Shown: positions 50,125 through 62,690 of the stretch, piece after piece
How the letters are laid out: the number at the start of each line of letters is the position of its first letter
Numbering within the stretch: position 1 is the first letter of the stretch
NCBI GenBank assembly: GCA_965112155.1
Contig: OZ218103.1
Origin: Podarcis liolepis
Lineage: Eukaryota
Reading direction: 5' to 3' (one strand)
DNA: 64,000 nucleotides
Notes under the pieces: model-generated
Seen by the model: the letters and a program-made list of their open reading frames with translations, nothing else
What the model was told of the DNA's origin: nothing
Database searches by the model: none
Translations under genes and position numbers: made by a program

Positions 50125-53100
50125 TCAGGCAGCTTCTTCATTTTCTTTATTAGCTTGAATAGAGGAGTGCAGCAAAGCCTAATGAACAAAAGTAACAAAT
50201 TATACACAGCTACTCACACTTTGTATGATCCCCCAGGGGTGGAGGAAGGGGTGTGTGGTGGGGGTGGGCCGCCCCAGGTTTCACCACTGAGGGGGGGTGA
50301 CAAAATACAGGGCGGCACTCACCGCGGGGCCCGCAGCGCGCCTGAGCCACGCGTCTCTCCTGGGAGTGACACAATGACTTGGGCGCCCGCAGGCTCCACA
50401 CTGCCCCAAACGCTGTAGGGCGGCTGAGTGGGAGAAGGCAGGCAGACTCCTCCGAGGCCCCACTGCCCCGGCTTGGGTGGCCCCGCCCCTGGGCACAGGG
50501 CATGTGTGCCTCCCCAGGTGCCCAATCAGCTTGCTCTGCCACTGTGATCCCCTGGGGGGGACGGGACATTTCTGCCATATGGAAGGAAGGGGCAAGGATT
50601 CACTATGACCTTCCACTACTTTTTTCTTTAATAAAGTATGAGCTTGTAGCAGTATATTCTTCTTTGGAGAGGGAAATGTAGGGAAGATACATTTTGCAAT
50701 TAGGGCTGCAGACAGATAATCACTCAAGAGCGTTGTGTCTATTTCAGGGTTACAGAGGAATGGTGGCCAGATATCCCTAATTCACAATGCCATTAGTCAC
50801 CTGTGGCCCTTGTTCCAGGCTCCTATATTGCCCTTCCTTTCTCCCACCCTCCTCCCTTTGCAGTTTATACAACACAAAATCAGAATGTCTAAGTTGCAGA
50901 TGGTTATGGTAGCCTAGTGGCAGATTATCACTTTACCTGGGTTAGAAATTTTTCTCTCTTCAAGTGCTTGTAGAACTGCAAGACGTATGGATTGGCTCTC
51001 ACTACCTTGGGATCAAAATCCAGAACACGAAGACCTGCAAGGCTACGTGCTCGAGAAAGTGCTACATAAGCCTGGCCAAATTCAAAAACACGAGCCAAGG
51101 AAATCTCAACGCAGTCCAGAGACATACCCTAGTAAAAGAGAAAAAGTCAGGAAGCAGATACTCCCTAGTTATTCTGATAAGTATGTGCACCCCCAGTACA
51201 GTAAAGTACCTATATATTTTATGTATGATGCTTGATTCCGCAAAATGGGTACCAGGCAAATAGGAAGAACTAACACTGCTGAACAACATTTCCACAGTTC
51301 CCTCACCCTTTATAATTTTGTTTGCAGGGTGGTGTGATTTTCCAGTGTTTCTAGAACAGCCACGTGTTGCAAGGAAAACAGCTTGAGTTTGATTGATGTA
51401 CAGGATTGGTCCACCTAGATTACACTAACTTATAATTAATCGCGGGAGGGGGGGGAAGGCAAATGATCAGATTCTTACAGATCCTGCATAGATGTGGGGC
51501 CCAACTGGTAACATCCCAGAACCATAGTAACTTTGGTGGGAGCTTTAGTACAGATAAACCTAGATAAACACAAGTTCCTTACAGACGTCCCATTATGGAC
51601 CATTTTTACTGTCTTGATTTCTTGTACAGAATATCACACAATGTATCACTAACCTGGCTCTTGTGGATGGAAATGGCCCAGGCAAGTTTCAGTGGCAGCT
51701 GCTGGCGACTCAGATAAATTCCTGCTGGTCCCTTTAAAACCCATCGTTCCAACCCAACAACATTAGTGACGCCACACAGAAATCTCACTTTCGGTAGCCC
51801 TGTATAAAGAGAGCCAAGTCAGAACTTTGATCTCCTATGCCCAGGAGTCAGGGCCAGGTAACCTCCCAAATATCTATTGTCTTTAAGGAGATACTGCAAG
51901 GCAGCCTAGAACTCATCCACTTGAGTTCTTGCAAATGGGACGCCAATAGAATAGCAGCTCATGTACAAAAAACTGGATGGCAAAGAACAGCAACTATGTC
52001 TCAAAAAATCCTCCACCTCTGGCACAGTGCAGAGGCACCCACCAAAGTTTCATTGTGAATCTAGAAGAGTTCAGACACAGTCCGAAGAACACCCAGTCAT
52101 GGGTGATAAGTGCATCTGTCAGAAACTAACCTTTTCCTTCTGTTTCAAATCCAATCACAACTCCGCGAGCCCCATTCACAAGACCTTGGGACACATCAAG
52201 ATTCTTAGTAAGCATCACCTAGTGAAAGAATGTAAAAATTGCTAATGAAGAAAAACATCCTAGCTTTCACCTGTCTGGTCAGTCGACTTTATTGTACATA
52301 GTCAGCATTAACAGTAGAGTCTCAAGAACTGCCACTGAAAACAAACAAGAATGTCCCCACCCTGTTCCTCGGGTAGGGAAAGCCTCATACTTGTTTGGAT
52401 GTTATTGATTGTATACACTTATCCTGCTTTTCAAGAAGGCAGCACACAAGGTAAATAACCAAACGAACAGTCAAATATTAAATACATACATATGAGACCA
52501 GAAAAAACCCAGTAATCCATCTGATAAAGTGAATAATGTGTTGAAAATGGTAACTGGTCTCAGTTAAACTTTAATATTACAATACAATCACAGTTAAACA
52601 GCATCACAGATTTGCCACCCATATTTAATAGCTGGGTGCAGCTCTTAAAAGTCAAGGACTCTGTGGCATTTGGCATGGCCTGACTTCCCAGTTTTAAGGT
52701 TTAAAAGTTATCGAAAGCAGTGCACAACCAGCTCAAAGAAAGCAAATGGCAGCCACTAGGGTCCATAAGAGTATCATTTCACTCAGCTGATACTCTAGGC
52801 TCTGTCATGTAAAGATCTGTCCAACCTTGCCATGGCAGTGCAGGTAACAATTCCTAAGAAGCTATCATCAGTGCTAGCCAGCCACGCATTTGTAAGAGAG
52901 AAATCAGTATTAATAGAATGCAAGGAGTAATTGAATTGCTCAGCAGGTGAAATACTGAGCACATATAAATAGATTGCAGATGTGTCCAAGCCTATAGCTC
53001 TGACATTCCAAGCTACAGTCAACAATTACCTGTAAGTGCCACCATGACTCCCTCAGACAAACTATATAATAGATATTTGTTATAGAAACCATTCGTTTTA

Positions 53101-56100
53101 CAATTACTCTGCTTGCCTGCTCCTGTAAGATCCAGCCAGCATTTGCCTGTAACACTTTGTGCTGTCATATTCTGCATCAAGAGGACTCCAGTATCCTAGG
53201 GTTGGGGACCCCTTTTGTGAGACCCCATGGGAAAGGTGAAGAATACAGGACTGTGGCACTAGTGTGAGAAGCAGATAACATAAAAACCTTCCCCCCCACA
53301 CACAAAAAAGCAAAATTCCATTGCCTACTAAAGAACCGCCTCTCGCTTGGGCAATGCTCACCTGGGCACCTTGCTTAAGTTCAATGTTGCTGCTTACTGG
53401 ACACTGTGCATCAAGAGTTTTCACCAGTACAGGGTCACTATCCACTGCCTTGAAGGACCTTCGTTCTCCTAGAAGACAGACAAGATGTAAAAAACTTGCA
53501 TCCCTCCTGCCTGATGTGTTTTGAAAGGGTTACTCCCTAATAGCTGAGCTGCATGTAGGGGGCTCTGTTTCATCCTTCCACAGCCCCAGGTGTTGTGAGC
53601 TCCAAGTATTAGGCTCTGCACACTATTCTGAAAGCATAATTCTGTAGAATTCCAGACAATACATATCATAATATGTTTCCCATTTCTGCAGGTATCAGCA
53701 ACAGAAGAAAATATTATAAATAAATAAATGTGTCCTTGTATTCACCTATCGAAAACTGGTGGCAAGAATATCAGGCCTGGAAAACTTAACTATTGGTGTC
53801 AGTAGGATGTATTGCCTAATTTTATAATGGTCTTATGTTGTTTTATTCAGGAAGAAGAGGGGCAGGGCAAGTTCCCAAGTGTTGGTTCCCAGCTCTTAGC
53901 TGAAAGTCTGTCTCTAAAAGGAAAGGGCTACTTGTCACAGTTGGAGTCATTGCAGCATTCTCACCAGGCAACTCATCCAGCCTTCTAGCATTTGTGAGCT
54001 CCACATCATCCTTGTGGGTGCACAACCGGGTAGCCAAGATTCCATCTTTCTCCACCCGATGGGTAGCTGTAAGTGTTAGCTGTCTGGTAACCTCCTCTGT
54101 GCATCTGAATGGGGACAATTAAAATTAAGAAGACATTTGTATCGGATGAGAAACATTGAAGACCAAGAAGAACTATCAAGCTTGCTACTGTGCCCATTCA
54201 AATTACTTTCCATGAGAACACGAGGCCGTAACCAGCACCAAAACATGGAGATCAACTCTGTGCATCGCTAGCATGAGAGCGAGGATGCTTGCAGGTGAAG
54301 GAATACCCCAGCAAACCCGGCACCTCTAAATTCCCCATTCCTCCAAACCCAGTGTCTCCCAGCATTTCTCCATGGTTCCTCAGAATACTTGACCCAAATT
54401 TCAAACAGTGCAATGAGTTTGAAGGAAGTATTGGAGCAGGCCAGCCAACTTGGCAGAAGCAGCTATATCAGCATTCAAATGTTTGGTAATGTCTCTCTAG
54501 ACATAGGACTTCCATCCCCATGAGATTAGAATCTCCCCAGCCAGATATTCTGCTGGGGGAGGATGGCATCTCACCTGCCCAGGCGGACAGTATGCAGAAG
54601 AGAAATGAAGTCCCTGTCAGTCTGCCTCCGCACCTCTGTCAGCTCCATGTTCAGGTGGATACACTTGCGCCAGCTCTTTGCCTGTGAAGGAAACCCTTTG
54701 ATCAAACTACAGCTCAGCCTGTGACAAGAGCATGCAGTGACAAGAGCATGCAGTGACAAAGAGCAACAGCAGCACACCTGGAAACAGAACCTGGGCTGCT
54801 CGGAGGATTTGCTGACAGGAGGCAGCTGCAAGAAGTCTCCACATACGATGAGTTGGATTCCTCCAAATGGATCCTCACATTTCCTGACAGCTCTACCAAA
54901 AGAGAATGGAGACACCTTCAGGGAGCAGATTTTATTCTGGTCCAAGAGAAAAGAAATGCAATGTCCTAGACCAAGGATGGGAAGCCTGTGGCCCTCCAGA
55001 TGTTGTTCTACTGCAGTCCCCATGATGCCTGGCTGTTGGTCATGCTGCTTGGGACTGGTGGGAATTGTAATCCAATTGCATCTGGAAGATTCCCTGTTCC
55101 TGTTTCCCTTGCAACACTTACACATGCTCTGCATACGCTAAGACAGAGTAACAAATATAATTCAGTTCTGCTTCTCTCTGTGGCTGAAAACCCCCTTCTA
55201 GGACCACATTATACTTAAGGAGTCATATTAGAACTATGCATGGACAGGAGCATGGGAAACAGACAGGACTGAAGCACAGAGATGGCAATGCTGACTGGTG
55301 GCTCTGGGTGGGCACTGGCCACAGCGTTACCAAAACTAGATGCGGGACTGAAGAGAATACATAGGCAAAGCTGTGAGTGTGAGACTGTTTGCTGCAGAAT
55401 TGCATCAAGTGCCTGCTTAGTCAGAACTTTAAAACAACTATGCAATGTTTTGTCTTCTGCCCTATTAATACCCTCCCCAAAGCCATGTACACACAGGATT
55501 AATGCAAGTGCAGCAATATCCCCCAAAAGGAAGGCTCCACCCACCTAGCTACTGCCTCCAGTTTATCAAAGAAATCCCCCTCCACCATAGAGATTTCATC
55601 TATGATCAGATGGCGGCTGTTCAGCCATTGCTGCCGAATTCCGGGTCTCTGAGCCAGCTCAATGCACTGATGTAGGGAGGCCTTTCCGGACCCAATACCT
55701 ATCAAAGGAGAGGGGAAAGAGTATATCAGCAGTAACCCATCACTAGGCCCATTTCCGCTTCCCTCCTTTCCCAGGATCCCAGTTACCTGCAAAGGCATGG
55801 AGAGTAGTGCCACCAATCTGACATGCTGCCACCCCTGTGCTGGCTGTGGCGTAAGTGCTGTTTGGAGGTAGCGAGGCCATGATCTTTTTCAGCAGGTAGG
55901 ATTTCCCAGTCCCTACAGAGAGAGCCCTTGTATTTAGAGGCAAACAATCTAAATTTCAGTTTTACAATTATTCCAGCACCATTGATACTTCCCTCCAAAG
56001 CGGAACCATTTACATGGCAAGAGGCAGGTGTAAAACTTGATCAGTTTTAGAAGTGACACCTAGATTGTAAATCAAAGTCGACTCAATGGTATCTGCCTCT

Positions 56101-57721
56101 CATAAATCTCCACCTGCCCCATGCCACTACCCCAAAAAAGGGAGACATCAGAATCACCGACTTTACATACCTTAAATTCCAGGTTTGTTCAGTCTAGAAG
56201 GAATGCAAGATTCCCACCATAGTAGATGAAGCCACTACAACCTCTAACCTGCAAACACATAGACCCTCCTTGACCCTCTTCTCTCACCAGCACTGCCTGT
56301 GAAGAAAACATTCTTCCCACTCAGCACTGCATTCAACACCATTGACTGTTCCTGGGAGAGTTTTGCTTGGGAGCACATGGACCAAGTCTTCTTCACCTGC
56401 TGCTGAAAAGAGCACAGAAACCTGCCTTATGTTGAGTCAGACCAGTGGCTCATCTTGTTCAGTACTGTATCCACTGATTGGGAGCAGCTTCAGACAGGGG
56501 TGTTTTTTTAGCCCCATCTGGAGATTATGTGGGTTGAGCCTATAACATTCTGCCTGCATAACATAACTTACTACATTCCCCAAAAGGCAAACTCCTCTGA
56601 ATCCAAAGTGCTCATGAGAGCTTTCCATCCCATCTCCCTTGATTACAGCAGCCAGAGAGGAGAATGCCTCTCTTATCCAGAGGGATAGTTCTTTGAATTT
56701 CAATTGGACCAAAGAAGCCTTACGTTCAAATAGAATAATAATTTGACCTTGCCCATACTACTTTGGAGGTTCTGCTCAGGTATCTGCCAGTAAGACCAGC
56801 ATGCATTGGAGGAAGGGCCTACTCTGTGGTGGCCTCAGTTATGGAACTTGCTAAGTGAGTTTCTGAAGTGCTTAAGGAGTGCATGAATCTGTCACTTTGC
56901 ATAACCACAACTTCAGCATCTGGGATTAGCAGGTGAGTATGTCCACTTCTCAGAAACTAGCCACCACTCTTATGCCAAGGATGGGGAACCTCTGGGTATC
57001 CTTGGACTCCAACTCCCAGAAATCCCAGCTAGCACTGCCAGAACAGGGGTGATGGGGGTTGGAGTCCAACAATAGCTGGACGGCCAGAGATCCTTTTATT
57101 ATGGGCAGATCCAACTCCCAGCTAGATCATGCTTTTCGGCAGAAGCCGACTCACCTGTTTCCCATCGATGGACTCACTCCGGATCCGCTTCCGAGACGCG
57201 CAGCGTAAGGGCTGACCTTTCCGCGGGGTGCTTGTCACGTCAGTCAGAGCCTGCCGGGCGCTCGCCTGCTGCAAGTCGCGAGTCTGCACCGGGCTCACCG
57301 TGTCGAACGTCCGCGGTCGGCTAGCGAGAAGCCGCGTTCGCTCGGCCACAGGCTTGGTCCCCTGCTGGGCGGCTGCGTGCTTGATGCGCAGCGTGTGGAC
57401 GAAGCGGCGCAGCCGATCCGGAGGACAATTAGAGAGCAGCAGCTGCACGTGATTGTGGTTTGCACCGAGCTGCACCGAACTCTTCCCCTCCTTCACGAAG
57501 CGTGTGAACAGCCGCACTTCACCTCGCCGCAAGGGGAAGTTCTGGGGGCTCCCCGGACCGGCGGCGCTGGCCACTTGCAGAACCAGCTCCTGGAACTCGT
57601 CCCGGCCCAGCGTGACCCAAGCATCGCGGAGAAGCACACGATTCGGGGCTGCTGCAGCACCCAGGTGCTCGATCGCTACGGTGCAGCGAACCCGACCATC
57701 CGCTTCGGAGCCTGGTTGCAT
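50125..57721 (-). CDS. PIF1: ATP-dependent 5'-3' DNA helicase PIF1, 12 coding exons, 636 aa
   Basis: Exons on -: 57721-57155, 56402-56288, 55912-55787, 55698-55545, 54892-54778, 54681-54575, 54104-53965, 53468-53362, 52218-52131, 51799-51654, 51128-50937, 50178-50125 (1911 nt). Motifs [62 protein letters not shown]. The last exon ([17 protein letters not shown]) is the least certain. Confidence 0.95.
50234..50544. mobile_element. GC-rich hAT MITE in the last intron of PIF1
   Basis: Imperfect TIRs CAGGGGTGGAGGAAG / CTTGCTCTGCCACTG; perfect 8-bp TSD TGATCCCC at 50226-50233 and 50545-50552. Confidence 0.8.
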
Positions 57722-57859
57722 CCCGTCCAACTGAAAACGAGGAGGCAACGCAGAAGTCGAGACCAGCTAAAATGTCTGTACTAAAAAGACGCCGACTTCT
57801 TGCTGCCTTTCCCTTTCGCGTTGATTTCGGCAGCCACTTATTTCTCCCATGTACCTAAG

Positions 57860-58134
57860 TAACTCTTCCAGCCGTGCCTCAGCTCCTGTCGCAAGCGGAT
57901 TCAAACCTTTAACGGGGGTCGCAGCAGCCAATCAGCGCTGCGGGAGATTTAACTCCTCGGCCAATGAAAAAGAGAAGGGGCGCGGTCAGAATCCCGGCGC
58001 AACTTTAGGCTGCGACGTTCCGCTCGGTTGCTAGGATACGAAAAGGTGGGGAAACGCCGCCCGCAACATACACGAAGGGCATTTCGGGGCGCTCCGGGCA
58101 CGTTCTAAATAGTCTCCCACCCAGTTAGCGGCAG
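57860..58134. promoter_or_regulatory. Bidirectional CpG-rich promoter for PIF1 (-) and CFAP144 (+)
   Basis: CHR element TTTGAA on - at 57900-57905; CCAAT boxes at 57928 and 57961 (33 bp apart); X-box-like GTTGCTAGGATAC at 58027-58039; putative PIF1 non-coding exon-1 donor at 57854. Confidence 0.7.
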
Positions 58135-58531
58135 ATGGCAGGAGCCGTGCGGGTCCCAAAGGAACCATTGGACCCAGTAAGCCAGAACAAGATCTTCTGT
58201 GAGACGGTCCGGAAGGAGCTACGATGCCAGCGCCTGCAGACGGAATACGCGATGAACCCCCTGATGACGGGTACGGGGGTACCGGGGGGAGGGGAGAGAC
58301 TTCTCCCCTTCTCATGGGCAGACGGAGCTTCCCAGTTAGGTCTATGGGAGTTCCCTGGCTCTTGACTCCAGCTGGCTCTAGTTTCCCCCCTTTCCACGAA
58401 TGAACCGTGTATGGGTGCTAATTGTCATACGTTTCTAGGTCAAGTCAACTTGCTGCAAACTAAAACAAAAAAACCCCAACCACCACCAGAGGGGTTTGTG
58501 GCACTTTAAAGAGTGTGAGCCACAGGTTTCT

Positions 58532-58570
<39 letters not shown>

Positions 58571-61500
58571 CTGTAAAGGAGGGGAAGTGGTAGGTTGGAA
58601 ACAAGTAGCAAAGGAATGCAAAAGCAGTACATACTGTATTGGCAGTTGAATTAGAGCTTAAATGTATGCAGACCGATCCTCACAGCAGCAGCAATTTGTG
58701 TTATCACATAAAGTGCACTTTAAATGCCCCAGCAGAAATATGAGCTGCAATATGATCTCCATAGGATCAGGGGCATTTAGAGGTGCAATAACTAAAGGGG
58801 AGGGGCTGTAGCTCAGTGCATGCAGAAGGTCTCAAGTTCAATCCTCAGCATCTCTAGGTGAGGCTGGGAGAAAATCCTGCCTGAAATCCTGGAGAGCGGT
58901 TGCCAGCTGGTGTGGACCATACTGTGTTACATGGACTTGGTATAAGGCAGCTTCCTATATTCCTAAACCACATTCTCAGTGCCAAACTGAATTCAGGAGG
59001 GATTCATAGAATAGAGCCATTTGTTGGTAACATATTTGCAGTTTTCTGTGTACCTGGATTTGCAATCCTAAAACTCAGTCAAGAAGACTTACGAAGAGCT
59101 GTTTCATAAACACATCAAAAAAGCTTGTTAAAATACCCTTTGGCCTCCACAAACTAAGGATATGTTCACATTACTGCTTTCTCCCCATCCAGGGCACCCA
59201 CTACTTTTTGAAGCTGCATTCACACGATGTTAGCCACAATCCATACTGATCTTGTACTTTGACAAATACTATTGTTTGATGCATTTCCCAGCCCCCCTCC
59301 CAAATTAGCTTTAATCTGGCTGGAAAACTGGATCGGGAGTAAACAGCAATGTGAACATTTGAGACAGCTATCTCACATGCCCAGATGAGCACACTTATAC
59401 AGATGACAGCTTCATGAATAGGAGTTGGAAGGTGGGGATTGCAGGGGCAAGAAATCGAAAAGATGTCACATGTGGGAAGACAACCCTGCCCTATCTCTGA
59501 TGCGAACACCACTGTGCAAAAGCAGCTTGAAACACAGCAGCAGGGGCAATGGCCTTACTGCATTTTAAGCCACTAACGTAACCATACCCTAACAGGCCTA
59601 CCCCTCTGGAAACTGACATATTACACAAATCTAATAGTTTTGATCCCAAGTGCCAGTCTTTCCCTCTAAAACGATGCACTGGCTTTGTAGTGTCTCCCAT
59701 GCCTATCTGTGGGACCCCCAAAAGTTATGCAACAGTTGTCCCCCAAATATCCTTGTGGTTCTTTGAAAACCTGCATTTAAGAAAAAGGCCTAAATTCCTG
59801 CCAAAGACAGGTGGTGTGGGGAAAAAATGATAAATTTCTAAGCTTTGTTAGTTTTCCTCTGCCCTGGCTTAAGGTTATCTAGTGATTAATTTGCCTTATT
59901 TTGCTTTTACCTTTAGTTTACACCATAACTCGAAAGCCTACCTCTTGGCATGATAACTTAGAGGAACCTGCAGATGGTAAGCACATGCTTTTAAACAGTT
60001 ACATTTAAGTTAGTGAAACAGAGAGGAGTCATTTATGAAATGTTTTCCAGCATGAATCAAAGACGGCAAAGTATGTAGCACCATACTGAAGTCTAAACGT
60101 CAAACTTCACTCTCTTTCTCCCTCTGTAAACCAAAAAGCATTATACTATACAATCTGCAGTGGAATGTGGCAAGAGACAGCTGATAGCTCCAATTTTTGT
60201 ATTTCTTGTTTTTTTTGGGATCAATCTTTTATTGGATCAATTCCTTTCCATGTATGTCGGAGTGCTGAAACTTTCAAGTTAAGAAAAAAGTCACTGCCAT
60301 TATGTTTTTTTCTTAATAATGATATATTTTTGCAAATAAATATTTAAAAGCACAAGCTTCAATATTCAAAGCAACAAACCCCAACTTACCTAGCCACACA
60401 GTGATACTATCAAATTTGACTTCCAACTTAGTATTATTTCATTAAAAGTAACATCTAATTAGTTCCCATTTCATCTTTTTAATTCTTTACCTTTCTAAGG
60501 GTTCTGAGAGACCTAAAAGCTGCTTGTTATGTTGAAATGCCTTTATCCAGGATATTGGTTTCAGGATGGACACTGGTTTGTGGCCTTTTTGTAACTTGAA
60601 TTCTTGCCAGCAAATAATGTTGTAATATAGGACAATTGTACTGGCTGGGGCTGATGGAAGTTGTGGTCCCAAGCATCTAGAGGGCACCAGGTTGCCGAAG
60701 GGTGGGCTATCCTATTCTATGACCTTGTCATTAAATACAAAGAAAATTCAATTGCATTTTTACTAGGTTTGCCAGTGTTTTTAGATATTTGACACACACA
60801 GAACGAAAGATACCAACTTTTTTTGCAATGCTGCTCACAGACTAGGCAAAGCAGCTGTCCTTCCTCATTCACAGCAGGAACCAAAAGCATGTTCAACTCC
60901 TGTAACATTTTTTGAGGGGGTAGATGGTGGGAAAGATGGAGGGCACAAGGAGAAGGGGACGACCGAGGACGAGATGGTTGGATAGTGTTCTCGAGGCTAC
61001 CAGCATGAGTTTGAGCAGACTGCGGGAGGCAGTGGAAGACAGAAGTGCCTGGCGTGCTCTGGTCCATGGGGTCACGAAGAGTCGGACACGACTAAATGAC
61101 CAAACAACAACAGGTGGTGGGTATTATTGGTATATGATTAATTTTGTTGTATCGTTTTGTTGTTGTTTGATGCAAGCCAACTTGAGAGAATTGACCATGA
61201 AAGGCAGTATATGCATTGTGAAATGAATGAAGTATGTAAAAACTTCAGGTGCAAGCTAATAAGTTATGCGAGCAGAACAAACATTGAAATTGATAGTGTA
61301 TAAGCATTTAACAGAGCACTGTAGCATCATCACATCTAAAAATTTCAGTGCAATTTAAATGCCTTGCACCCAGTCTACACTAAGCAAGTCTCATTGCCAA
61401 TGCTTTAACCCTATAGCTAAGTTCCTGAAACTAATTCATCATGCCGCACTTGAACCAAACAAGAAATACACAGAACCACAAACAGAAAGCCAAGAAATCG

Positions 61501-61890
61501 GCTGGTTTTCCTCACCTTTGGTAAGTGGGTTTTTAAGGAGCTTCTGGGGAAGTGTATGTAGTTGTCTGGCATTTTAAGAATCCAGACTTTACAGAAAAAT
61601 AATTTTAAGCTGTTATAGCTATGGATAAAGCTTTGAAAGTTTGTAGGGAGTACCTGGTTGGCTATCAGAATCTAGACATTTCACCAAATGGGGAGATAGT
61701 TTGGGAAAAATATTCAAATCCTAGCTCCTCCCTTATGCCAAATGTTCTTATACTATAGTAATATTCTCCTTCACAGATCAGTGTAAACCGGAATGACAAC
61801 AGGCTATACTTCCCAAGTCGGAGCACTGAAATCACCAGATATATGGCTGCTATGTGGCGCCTGAAGGGGATGACAAAAGATAAGCGATAA
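58135..61890 (+). CDS. CFAP144: Cilia- and flagella-associated protein 144 (FAM183A), 137 aa
   Basis: Exons 58135-58270, 59917-59976, 61417-61520, 61777-61890 (414 nt, phases consistent). FAM183 motifs [65 protein letters not shown]. Tail-to-tail with EBNA1BP2, as in human. Confidence 0.92.
58533..58569. repeat. (AC)n microsatellite in CFAP144 intron 1
   Basis: Directly visible. Confidence 0.95.
58797..58960 (+). mobile_element. tRNA-derived SINE (Squam2-like); related copies at ~13033-13200 and ~29925-30115
   Basis: GGGGCTGTAGCTCAGTG..GTTCAATCC..GCATCTC..CCTGGAGAGC..GCAGCTTCCTAT is shared among three dispersed copies. Confidence 0.65.
60922..61112 (+). mobile_element. Bov-B LINE 3' end in CFAP144 intron 2
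   Basis: [35 protein letters not shown] followed by a (CAA)n tail. Confidence 0.92.
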
Positions 61891-62690
61891 AGGAACACAG
61901 CATTGCAGGACTTTAAGGGAAGGACTGTAGACATAAATTTAGGCTTCCAGACTTCCATCTTTTAATTATTGCAAAGCATAAGACAGAGGCCTGACACAGG
62001 GTGCAAGGCAGTGGGTATAGGAAAGTCCTGTGTTATGTGAACATTTAGTATTACAATAAACCTGACCTGAAACTGCCTGCTATTCTTTCTGCTACCGTAT
62101 TCATTTTGTGCAAGTCATCAGTTTTTATAGTGTGTGGATAGGACAATCTGTTTCTCAACCAGAAGTTGTGGTATGAGCAGCAACAGTAGTTCATGTGATT
62201 ATTTGCTGGTAGACCACCATCTTCTGCTGTTGAATGGAAGAGGACCCAATGCCCTTAGCAAAGAAGGTCATAAAGTGGCAGAAATACAAAAGCTGTTGCT
62301 TAGTACTTTGCATGCACCACTGCTGGGTGACAAGGAGGAGCACACATGCTGATGTTATGTATGAGGTACCAAAAAAATTGAAGGATTTAGTGAGACCCAA
62401 TGCAAACCAGAAAGGATCTCTCCCAACCTGACACAGATGATCAAGCTATCAAGACTTTTTAATTCACAAGGAGGATCAAGAAAGACCAAATCAGTATGAA
62501 ATATAGGCAACCAGAAGCATCTGCTTGTTATTTATGTACGAGAAGTCGTACACCCAGTGTCAGGCAGTACCACTTGCTGACTCTGAATGGCAATCTGAAC
62601 GGCTATGTTGTCCAGGTCAGCATCACTTCACGCCAACGTTCCGTAGGGAGTCACACTTCACGAAGAAGGAAAGGTCACCCGTTTTACTCG

